From: Promethearchaeota archaeon
GTDB lineage: Archaea > Asgardarchaeota > Lokiarchaeia > Sigyniarchaeales > SOKP01
DNA: 64,000 nucleotides
Reading direction: 5' to 3'
Assembly (NCBI GenBank): GCA_008080735.1
Contig: SHMW01000006.1
Location: 3,215-67,214, forward strand
A program made the translations under genes and the position numbers. Shown one piece after another: positions 18,790-27,258 of this stretch. How positions within the stretch are numbered: the stretch's first letter is position 1; every line of letters begins with the position of its first letter. The notes below the pieces were generated by a model. It searched no databases, was not told the origin of the DNA, and saw only the letters and a program-made list of their open reading frames with translations.

Positions 18790-21576
18790 ATGAGAAACAT
18801 GAAATATGAACCTCAGAAAATAGAAGAGAAATGGCAGGAGCGATGGGAAAAAGAAAAAATTTTTGAAGTCGATATGGATCCAAAAAAAGATAAATATTAC
18901 GTCTTGGAAATGTATCCATATCCCTCATCAAAATTACATATGGGCCATTTAAGGAATTATTCTATTGGTGATTCATTTGCTCGGTTTAAGCGTATGCAAG
19001 GGCTTAATGTTCTCTATCCGATGGGATATGATTCATTTGGCCTTCCAGCCGAAAATGCGGCGATTGATCACGGGATTGATCCAAAAAAGTGGACGAATGA
19101 AAATATCAACGCAATTAAGAACCAACAGAATCGAATAGGTCTTTCTTACGATTGGAATAGAATGATATATAGCCATGACCCCGATTATTATAAGTGGGAT
19201 CAATGGTTCTTTTTGAAAATGTTAGAAAAAGATTTAGCTTATCGCCAAGATTCATATGTTAATTGGTGTGAAAAATGTGTGACCGTATTAGCAAATGAGC
19301 AAGTTCAAGGGGGAAAATGCTGGCGTTGTGGCTCCGAAGTGGAACAAAAGTTCTTGACTCAATGGTTTCTAAAAATAAGGGCATATGCTGAAGAATTGTT
19401 GGAGGGGCTGGAGGAAGTTGATTGGCCAGAAAAAGTTAAAGTGATGCAGAGAAACTGGATAGGGCGATCCGAAGGGACTATCATCAAATTCCCTATTATG
19501 GAGGAAAAACGTACAATTGACATATTCACGACAAGACCAGATACTTTATATGGAGTCACATTTATGGTATTCGCACCAGAACATCCTTGGGTTAGAAAAT
19601 GGGTCGAAGATACTCAATATGAAGATGAATTTGAAAATCTTTATCGAGAAACCATGAAACAAAATCAGTTCGAAAGAACCGATATTGATGTGGAAAAAAA
19701 GGGGATGTTTATTGGAAAATATGCGGTGAATCCTCTAACCGAAGAGCAAATACCTATTTATGTTGGTAATTTCGTAATATATGAATACGGCGCCGGAGCA
19801 GTTATGGCGGTTCCCGCGCATGATCAGAGAGATTTTGAATTTGCTAAAGAATATGGAATCCCCATTAAGGTGGTAATCCAACCTTTTGATTATGAATTGA
19901 ACGCTGAAAAAATGACGCGTGCGTATGAGAGTGATGGTGTATTAATAAATTCTGAAGAGTTTAACGGAATGGAAAATCGTACTGCCATTGGCGCAATCAC
20001 CGAAAAGTTAGACGAGATTAACATGGGATCCGCAACAATAAATTATAAATTAAGAGATTGGTTAATTTCCAGACAAAGATATTGGGGTTGCCCCATTCCA
20101 ATTGTATATTGTGAGAAATGTGGCACGGTTCCCGTCCCTATTGAAGATTTGCCAGTTAAATTGCCTGAGGATGTAAAATTCACGGGGAAAGGAAATCCAC
20201 TTAAAACAAGCGAAAGTTTTATCAATACCAAATGTCCCGAATGTGGGGGAAAAGCGACACGGGAAACAGATACGATGGATACGTTTGTTGACAGCTCGTG
20301 GTATTTTTTTAGATATTGCGACCCACATAATAAAAAGGAACCTTATGGTAAGAAGAGAGTAAATTATTGGGGAAATGTTGATCAATATATCGGAGGGATT
20401 GAACATGCGGTAATGCATTTACTATATGCTCGTTTTTGGACGAAAGTGGGAAGAGATTTACAACTCCATTCCCATAATGAGCCCTTTCAAGCTCTCCTAA
20501 CGCAGGGAATGATTAATAAGATTCATCCCTATTGTCCTGAATGTGATACCTTCGCGACTAAAGTTGAGAAAGATTCGACCAAATGTCCAAGATGCGAAAC
20601 CAAATGGATTCAAAAGAGTGTCAAAATGAGTAAAAGCCTCGGAAATACAGTAGATCCAAATAATATCATGGAAGAATATGGGGCAGATTCTGCTCGGTTT
20701 TTTATCTTATTTGGAGCAAGTCCGGAATCAAGTTTGGAATGGTCTGAAGAGGGTGTTGGCTTTGCTGCTCGATTTATGAACAATACCTTTAAACTCTTAT
20801 CTGAAGAACCAACGGACATAAGAAAAACTGAAAATATTAGGGACACACTTATCAATTATTATATGCATCATAGCATCAAAGATATCACTGAAAGTATGAA
20901 AAAGATTAATATTCGAGATGCTGTCAACAAAATCGTTCAATTTAGCTCAGAACTTACTGATTATAAAAAGGAAGGCGTCAATAAGGATATTTTTAATAAT
21001 TGTAGAAAAAACCTAGCATTAATTTTGCATCCTATTGCACCTCATATGACCGAAGAAGTCTGGGAACTACTTGGAGAGGATGGATATATTAGTTTAGCTC
21101 CATGGCCGAACTATGACGAAGATATTCTCACCGATGAAAACGATTTTAAATGGAATCTAATCAACAATACCATCGATGATATAAAAAATATTAAACAAGT
21201 ACTAAAGAAAGATTCAATTGAACAGATAGACATCATTATCGCAGAGCAATGGAAATTTGATTTCTATTCCGATCTAATGCAATTAATTGAGGACACCATA
21301 AATCAGGGAGAGATTATGAAGAAGCTCATGCTAAAATCCAAATTTAAACCACATGGCAAATTTGTTAGTGAAACCGTTAGTAAAGTGCTAAAGAATATTG
21401 GAAAATATGCTAATTTTATTCTTTCACCCTCAGATGAATTGAAATTTTTTAAAGATATAATCCCACTCATTGAAAAACAATTTAATGCCACTGTAAATGT
21501 TTTAACCGAAGATGAAACAAATCAAAAAAAGGCAGATCAAGCCCTTCCTGGAAGACCATCCATAATTATCAATTAA
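18790..21576 (+). CDS. leuS: Leucyl-tRNA synthetase, bacterial-type
   Basis: 928 aa. HMGHLRNY (HIGH), KMSKSLGN (KMSKS), and bacterial-type signatures YPMGYDSFGLPAENAAI, QRNWIGRSEG, CPECGGKATRETDTMDTF. An alternative ATG lies at 18799. Confidence 0.95.
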   Translation: MRNMKYEPQKIEEKWQERWEKEKIFEVDMDPKKDKYYVLEMYPYPSSKLHMGHLRNYSIGDSFARFKRMQGLNVLYPMGYDSFGLPAENAAIDHGIDPKKWTNENINAIKNQQNRIGLSYDWNRMIYSHDPDYYKWDQWFFLKMLEKDLAYRQDSYVNWCEKCVTVLANEQVQGGKCWRCGSEVEQKFLTQWFLKIRAYAEELLEGLEEVDWPEKVKVMQRNWIGRSEGTIIKFPIMEEKRTIDIFTTRPDTLYGVTFMVFAPEHPWVRKWVEDTQYEDEFENLYRETMKQNQFERTDIDVEKKGMFIGKYAVNPLTEEQIPIYVGNFVIYEYGAGAVMAVPAHDQRDFEFAKEYGIPIKVVIQPFDYELNAEKMTRAYESDGVLINSEEFNGMENRTAIGAITEKLDEINMGSATINYKLRDWLISRQRYWGCPIPIVYCEKCGTVPVPIEDLPVKLPEDVKFTGKGNPLKTSESFINTKCPECGGKATRETDTMDTFVDSSWYFFRYCDPHNKKEPYGKKRVNYWGNVDQYIGGIEHAVMHLLYARFWTKVGRDLQLHSHNEPFQALLTQGMINKIHPYCPECDTFATKVEKDSTKCPRCETKWIQKSVKMSKSLGNTVDPNNIMEEYGADSARFFILFGASPESSLEWSEEGVGFAARFMNNTFKLLSEEPTDIRKTENIRDTLINYYMHHSIKDITESMKKINIRDAVNKIVQFSSELTDYKKEGVNKDIFNNCRKNLALILHPIAPHMTEEVWELLGEDGYISLAPWPNYDEDILTDENDFKWNLINNTIDDIKNIKQVLKKDSIEQIDIIIAEQWKFDFYSDLMQLIEDTINQGEIMKKLMLKSKFKPHGKFVSETVSKVLKNIGKYANFILSPSDELKFFKDIIPLIEKQFNATVNVLTEDETNQKKADQALPGRPSIIIN

Positions 21577-21630
21577 ACCCCAAAAACAAACAATTATTAA
21601 TATATTTCAGACAAAATTTTCAGAATTAAA

Positions 21631-22230
21631 ATGCTTAGTATTAATCTAGTCAAAAACATTTATTTTTTTAATATAGGGGGCTATGGAAATGATGATAATT
21701 ATTTTCAATGGACCTCAAAATTCTACAATAAAAATCCTCATTTCCAGATAAAAATCACCCGTAATCCTCCCCATAAAAATATCTTTTATACTATTAATAA
21801 TCCCGATATCACCATCGTCTATTATGCTAAAGATGATACCGTTTTTACGATAGCTGGTCATCCTAATCTCCAGTCACAATTATTAGAGGCGATGCTCGAA
21901 TTTTTAGTGGACGAATTCTATGAGATGTATGATTCCTCCTTACTTACAACTTGTTATGGAGATACTTGCGATGTGTTTGATGGATTTTCAATGGTGGTTT
22001 TAGATTTACTCAATAATTTTGATGAAAAAAACCTCATTAAAATCACAAGGGTAAACTGTAAAGGTTGTGATAAAAAAACTCAAGAAGTCATTATAAAAAA
22101 ATCTCTCATCTCTAATTCAAATAGTTCCACTACTCCTTTAGTATTTATTCATTCGGGTCACGCTCTGTTGATTTATATTGACAAAGAATTTAAGGTCAGG
22201 GGAAGCCAACTGGTCGATGTCTCTTATTAA
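21631..22230 (+). CDS. Hypothetical protein (single CxxC, possible alpha/beta regulatory fold)
   Basis: 199-aa ORF directly after leuS. No family recognised. Segment TIVYYAKDDTVFTIAGHPNLQSQLLEAMLEFLVDEF has a beta-beta-alpha character. Confidence 0.45.
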   Translation: MLSINLVKNIYFFNIGGYGNDDNYFQWTSKFYNKNPHFQIKITRNPPHKNIFYTINNPDITIVYYAKDDTVFTIAGHPNLQSQLLEAMLEFLVDEFYEMYDSSLLTTCYGDTCDVFDGFSMVVLDLLNNFDEKNLIKITRVNCKGCDKKTQEVIIKKSLISNSNSSTTPLVFIHSGHALLIYIDKEFKVRGSQLVDVSY

Positions 22231-22359
22231 ACAAAGATATTACAAGGGTATTAATTTTTGAAGTTAATTTAAAATATCTGGATTTTCTTAAAGGATTTAA
22301 ACTGAAAAAAATTAGTCTTATTAAATCTACATTTTAAGTATCCTTTATACATAAAAGCT

Positions 22360-23241
22360 ATGACCATCTATGAACTTAGTATTATTTCCAGCACTGGATT
22401 TCCGTATTATAACAAAAAAATCAAGCCAGTACCGAAAGGGGTACAAGTTCATCTGCGCTTTTTTGATTTCTCGGAACAAGTCAAAAAAGATTTTGAAGAT
22501 GAGAGCTATTTAGAATTTGATCTCAAAGCTGGCCTGATATCTGCATTATTTGAATTCGCTCGTAATATTGACAAGAAAATCGAGGTGCTGGAATTCCGAC
22601 CAAAAGCTGAAGAGGAAATAAATCAGAGACCAGTACGGGAGCGTATCAAGTATAAAGGTGATGTGCTAATGACAGTCACGACTGAAAAATATTTACTTCA
22701 CGATCAGATCCGCAGAAAAATTGAACTTATTTACGAAAATTTTATAAGTCCAAAAATTCCTTTAGATTCCGCCTATGAGGTTCTACACAATGAGGAAAAC
22801 TCTCTTTTAGATATCCTTACAGATAAGAAAGCCAAAAACCATCTCTCTAGATGTGAAAAGACACTTAAAAAAATAGCAAAAAAATATATTGATGAGATGA
22901 ACAGATACGGTCTGAAAGGAATTGTATGTTGTGGTTTTGATTTGAGTCCCATTATTTGCTTTTCAGAGCATAATCAATATCATTTAGAGGATATAGACGA
23001 AATTCTTCGGGGTGTAGGCAATATTCCAGAAATTGAGGCATTAAATTGGAAATATCGACAATCGACTTATAATAACAAGCCGCTCTGGGTTTTTATCATT
23101 AATAGCGGTATCGGAGTAAGTGTTGAGGGCTTATATGAAAATTATTATTATCTGCTGTTAACTGAACCTGACGCGTATATGGGAGAGTTTCCTCGAAAAT
23201 TAGCAAATGAATTTAATAATATCTTAACTGAAGATATATAA
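22360..23241 (+). CDS. Hypothetical protein with longin/roadblock-like N- and C-terminal segments (tentative)
   Basis: 293 aa. The N-terminus MTIYELSIISSTGFPYYNK...LKAGLISALFEFARNI...DVLMTVTTEKYLL...IRRKIELIYENF has the beta-beta-alpha-beta-beta-alpha look of longin/roadblock modules. No motif-level proof. Confidence 0.45.
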   Translation: MTIYELSIISSTGFPYYNKKIKPVPKGVQVHLRFFDFSEQVKKDFEDESYLEFDLKAGLISALFEFARNIDKKIEVLEFRPKAEEEINQRPVRERIKYKGDVLMTVTTEKYLLHDQIRRKIELIYENFISPKIPLDSAYEVLHNEENSLLDILTDKKAKNHLSRCEKTLKKIAKKYIDEMNRYGLKGIVCCGFDLSPIICFSEHNQYHLEDIDEILRGVGNIPEIEALNWKYRQSTYNNKPLWVFIINSGIGVSVEGLYENYYYLLLTEPDAYMGEFPRKLANEFNNILTEDI

Positions 23242-23290
23242 AATGCGTTCTGAGACTTCATAAAAATGAAATAGAAAGAATTTAAAGAAT

Positions 23291-24055
23291 TTAGATTGTT
23301 TTTTCTACTGCTTTAATGATCTCGGCAAATGATTCTGCTTCAAGCGAGGCACCACCTACTAATCCTCCGTCGATGTCTGCTTTTTGAAACAATTCTAATG
23401 CATTATGCGGTTTCACCGACCCGCCATATTGGATTCTGACCGATTGTGCCACCTTCTCATCATATTTATCATTTAGCAGACTACGAATGAATTGGTGGAC
23501 TTCCGCCGCCTGTTCAGGGGTCGCAGTCTCTCCCGTACCGATTGCCCAAATTGGTTCATATGCTATTACTATTTTCATTATCTCTTTTTTATTCAAATCA
23601 GCGAATGTTCCATTAATCTGCTTCTCAATAATTATCTCGGTCTTGCCTGCTTTTCGTTCCTCCAGATGCTCTCCAATACAGACAATTGGTATTAATCCCA
23701 TCTCCAATGCCTTTTTTATTTTCTTGTTAATAAGCTCATCAGATTCTCCAAAAATGTTTCTGCGCTCACTATGGCCCAAAATAACATAATCTATTCCTAA
23801 CGCCTTTAAAAAGATCGGCGAAATTTCCCCTGTATATGCCCCTTTCTCTTCAAAATACATATTTTGGGCCCCTAGCTTAATGTTTGTCACCTTCACGACA
23901 CTCGCCTCTTGAAGGGCTGTAAATGGAGGAGCGATTACGATATCAACTTTCTTTACTTTTTTTACCAACGGAATTAATTCTTGGAGCATCTCCCTGGCGC
24001 TTTCAGGTGAACCGCGATTCATTTTCCAATTTCCGCCTATTATTGGTCTTCTCAT
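23291..24055 (-). CDS. tpiA: Triosephosphate isomerase, bacterial/eukaryotic-type
   Basis: 254 aa. IIGGNWKMN, ILGHSERR, AYEPIWAIGTG, IQYGGSV, GGLVGGASL. Confidence 0.93.
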   Translation of the reverse strand: MRRPIIGGNWKMNRGSPESAREMLQELIPLVKKVKKVDIVIAPPFTALQEASVVKVTNIKLGAQNMYFEEKGAYTGEISPIFLKALGIDYVILGHSERRNIFGESDELINKKIKKALEMGLIPIVCIGEHLEERKAGKTEIIIEKQINGTFADLNKKEIMKIVIAYEPIWAIGTGETATPEQAAEVHQFIRSLLNDKYDEKVAQSVRIQYGGSVKPHNALELFQKADIDGGLVGGASLEAESFAEIIKAVEKTI

Positions 24056-24184
24056 AATTTTTCAACACCTTATATTTCTTCTTATTTGTATAGAATATAT
24101 CGCCTTATTTCAAACTTTCATAAATAAATTTTCAAGTGCCAAAATCAATAGTCCTGTGGCATTCATTTCCAGAGATTTGACTTT

Positions 24185-25030
24185 TTAGAATTTTACCCCC
24201 GTTTTTTTCATATCTGATATGAGTTCTTGGGTTTTTTTATCTGCTAAATCTTCCAGAGGGTTTTCTTTGATGCGTAAAATCTGGAGATGTGGCAAGTTTT
24301 TTAATTTCGGTGGAAGCGTGACGAGCTTGTTATGGGTTAGGTTTAGAAAGGAAAGTGAAGGAAGCTTGCATAAAGAATCGGGTAATTCTTTAAGAATGTT
24401 ATGTGTGGCTGATAATTCTTCAAGGTTGGATAATTCTCCAATGCTTTCTGGTAAGCTTTCTAACATATTATCATTGAGATATAATTCCTTCAACCGTTTG
24501 AGCTTGCCAATAGAATCGGGAATATTTGCCAGCTTATTATGATTTACGCGCAGAACTTCCAATGATGTTAAATTTCCGACTGTTTCCGGCAACTTTTCTA
24601 ATTTATTATTATCCAAATTTAGGTATAGTAATTCTCGAATGCCACCGATACTTTTAGGTAGCGATAGGAGCATGTTATTTTCTAAATATACTTCCGTCAA
24701 ATAGGGAAGATCCCCAATTGCTTCGGGTAATTTGGTAAGCGAGTTTTTACTTAAAACCAGAATCTGTAAGGCTCTGAGTTTTGAAATTGAAGGATTCAGA
24801 ACTTCCAGGCTACAATTGTTCAATCCGAGTACAATAACCCGATTTTGAGAAATTCTAAAGGTCATATTGGGGTTATATTGCTTCCCTTTCTGAAATTGGA
24901 AGGTTTGGTTTGTGATTCGTTCCAAATCTCTTAAGATATCTACCTCTTCCTTATAGACTTCTGCTCCTCGGAAATTATCTATTGTTGAATCTTGTGAAGC
25001 TGGAATCTTAGGAAAACCTTTTTTTTCCAA
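24185..25030 (-). CDS. Leucine-rich repeat protein (23-residue 'typical' LRRs); N-terminus uncertain
   Basis: 281 aa with ~9 repeats of L..L..L.L..N.L..LP..IG.L. The start in the ORF track is a TTG, and the frame stays open 54 codons further upstream (see findings). Confidence 0.85.
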   Translation of the reverse strand: MEKKGFPKIPASQDSTIDNFRGAEVYKEEVDILRDLERITNQTFQFQKGKQYNPNMTFRISQNRVIVLGLNNCSLEVLNPSISKLRALQILVLSKNSLTKLPEAIGDLPYLTEVYLENNMLLSLPKSIGGIRELLYLNLDNNKLEKLPETVGNLTSLEVLRVNHNKLANIPDSIGKLKRLKELYLNDNMLESLPESIGELSNLEELSATHNILKELPDSLCKLPSLSFLNLTHNKLVTLPPKLKNLPHLQILRIKENPLEDLADKKTQELISDMKKTGVKF

Positions 25031-25100
25031 AATATGTTCCTTTTCCCACCGCTTATCCCTCTGTCGCGTTTCATATGCCGTAGTTTTAGTAGATTGAGTC

Positions 25101-25109
25101 TTTTTTTTT
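25101..25109 (-). repeat. A9 homopolymer (T9 on + strand) at the junction of two overlapping reading frames upstream of the LRR gene
   Basis: Read directly: tttttttttg at 25101-25110. Confidence 0.9.
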
Positions 25110-25334
25110 GGTCTGGGAGGAAGAGAGGATAATATAAGATTCCAACCTCTCGAGAATTTCGAGGATTTTATCCGTTTTCTTTTCGAGACTCTTTACTCTC
25201 ATTTCTAATTCTGAATTATTCGCATCCATCCTAATATCTCTCAAGAAAGAATTGTAATTTACTTATAATACACGAGAGACGCTTAAAAACTTTCTATCGA
25301 TAGCTTATAAAAAGGGAAAAAAGAATGGGTAGGA

Positions 25335-25841
25335 TTACTCTTCTTTTTCTGGTAATTTTTCGTCCAATTTCGCGGCCTTTAATATTGTTTGGACCTCCTC
25401 CACATTGGGAGGCATAATCTCGGGTAAGCCAAATTGTTCTCTTCTGCGTTCGATCGCAGATTGCATAGGGATTGCTTTACCTGTCTCAAAAATCGTTGAG
25501 GCTTGTGAGTAAAAATATTCTGGGCCTTCTCCTCTTGCGATGCTCTCGTTCTTCAAAAGAGTAAATATCTCCGTTAGCTCTACTTTCTGTGGACATATCT
25601 CATCGCACGTATCGCAGATCGTACATCCCCAAATATTAAAGGAATTTTCCTTACCAAAAATCTTTTCTTTTAGTCCTAATAATGAATCTAAAATGAGTCG
25701 TCTTGGATTATATCGTCCATTGGTAACTTGGGCGACTGGGCACGCGCCCGAACATGTAGCGCATTGATAACAATACGCCAAGGTGCTCCCAATATCTTCA
25801 CCCATCAGTTTATTTCTAAATTCAAAATCTATTGTAGCCAT
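25335..25841 (-). CDS. HdrC-like 4Fe-4S dicluster protein (heterodisulfide reductase subunit C family)
   Basis: 168 aa. Two ferredoxin-type motifs, CYQCATCSGACP and CTICDTCDEICP, with HdrC-like spacing. No hdrA/hdrB is adjacent. Confidence 0.7.
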   Translation of the reverse strand: MATIDFEFRNKLMGEDIGSTLAYCYQCATCSGACPVAQVTNGRYNPRRLILDSLLGLKEKIFGKENSFNIWGCTICDTCDEICPQKVELTEIFTLLKNESIARGEGPEYFYSQASTIFETGKAIPMQSAIERRREQFGLPEIMPPNVEEVQTILKAAKLDEKLPEKEE

Positions 25842-26210
25842 TTTTAATAAATTCTCGGGATGTAATTGTACTATGCAATATAAAATTCTTTTATTAATTA
25901 AATTATTTCTTTTCCAAATTAAGTCTAAGATACATTAAGAATCACGTTTGTAAATCTAATTCTTTCAATTTGTATCTTTTGGACCACTTATGAAAACGTA
26001 GTAATGAATTAAAACACACGACTTCTGGGGGATGAGCGTAAAATAATATCTTAATACAGAGAAATTTTCGGTTTTTTGCGATAAGAAAAGCCATCTCTAT
26101 TTTATAATTTGAAAATATAAAAATTAAATAAGACTAACGATTTGTAATAAATAATAATTTCACCACATAAATTCTATTTGAGAAAAAAACATGAGAAGTG
26201 ACTGAATAAA

Positions 26211-26564
26211 ATGAATATTGAGCAACTTAAAGAAGTAAATATTGATGTGACTGATGAGATGAAACAGGGGAAGGTAATCATTGACGTCTATACGGAATGG
26301 TGTGGCCCGTGTAAATTTATTGCGCCCGTTCTGCATAAACTACGTGATGAGGGATTAATTTCTCTTAAACAAGTAGATTTAGACCAGAATCGACCTTTAG
26401 GACAAATGTTTAATATCCACGCAATTCCCACGCTGTTATTTTTCAAAGATGGGAAGCTTTTAGACCACCAGATCAATATCAATGGTCAAACATTAGTATC
26501 TGAAGGGAAGATGGTAGGTGCAGCGGGGGAAGATATCCTGCGCCAGATTATTGACCAAATGTGA
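26211..26564 (+). CDS. trxA: Thioredoxin
   Basis: 117 aa. WCGPCK active site and an IPTLLFFKDGK cis-Pro loop region. Confidence 0.9.
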   Translation: MNIEQLKEVNIDVTDEMKQGKVIIDVYTEWCGPCKFIAPVLHKLRDEGLISLKQVDLDQNRPLGQMFNIHAIPTLLFFKDGKLLDHQININGQTLVSEGKMVGAAGEDILRQIIDQM

Positions 26565-26745
26565 ATTTTTTTCCTCTTATTTTTCTTTTACTTATTTATG
26601 TTTTCTGAGCTCTCCGATAGGACAGCTGTACTTTTTTATACTCCATAAAGATATCAATAATACTTGTAATTTGATTAAAAATTTTAAATATAGTAGATTT
26701 TTGCACTTATTATTATCATAATTTTCAAATCGGTAATAAATAATC

Positions 26746-27258
26746 ATGAATTACACTCGAAACGACTTATTACTCGCAGATGCAACAATGAATCAGTTGC
26801 GTAATGCAATTTATCATCTGGCCCGATTTATGAACAAAAACGGCGTTGATAATTTGAAGGAACGATTGCGTGAGATGGGGAAGAATATTTCCAAAACATA
26901 TTTGAAATACTGGAGCCCCACCGAAACCGTAAATTTAGACAACGTTCGGGAAGTAATCGCAACCATTTATAATAAAATATTGCAGAGCTCGGTTTCTGTT
27001 GAATTAAACGAAGCAGAGAACTTAGTTGTTGTCCATGATTCCAGTTGCCCGTTATGTAAATACCAATACGATGATATTCATATCGCGGGATGCGAGATCA
27101 TCTTAGGAATGATTTCAGAATATATCAATCTGATCAATGGAAATTCCCGGGACAAAACAATCCTTATTACGGAACCAGTCAGAGTTCAAGAATCAAGGGC
27201 GCTGGGAAATAATTCATGCGTCCAGATTTTTAAATATAGAGTAGGAGGAGATCTATAG
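26746..27258 (+). CDS. V4R (4-vinyl reductase / Bet3-TRAPP-related) domain protein
   Basis: 170 aa. The C-terminal half (SSCPLCKYQYDDIHIAGCEIILGMISEYINLI...ESRALGNNSCVQIF) follows the V4R cysteine/glycine pattern (C..C......C....G......E..C.a.G...C). Confidence 0.62.
   Translation: MNYTRNDLLLADATMNQLRNAIYHLARFMNKNGVDNLKERLREMGKNISKTYLKYWSPTETVNLDNVREVIATIYNKILQSSVSVELNEAENLVVVHDSSCPLCKYQYDDIHIAGCEIILGMISEYINLINGNSRDKTILITEPVRVQESRALGNNSCVQIFKYRVGGDL
27244..27250 (+). promoter_or_regulatory. Shine-Dalgarno-like GGAGGAG upstream of GTG start at 27258 (stop/start overlap TAGTG)
   Basis: gtaGGAGGAGatctaTAGTG read directly. The stop of 26746-27258 shares one nucleotide with the GTG of the next ORF. 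Confidence 0.5.

Noticed and set aside
26518-26721. 67-aa ORF running from the end of the thioredoxin gene into the intergenic spacer
   Set aside because: It overlaps the thioredoxin 3' end out of frame, has a low-complexity F/S/L-rich translation, and shows no start context.
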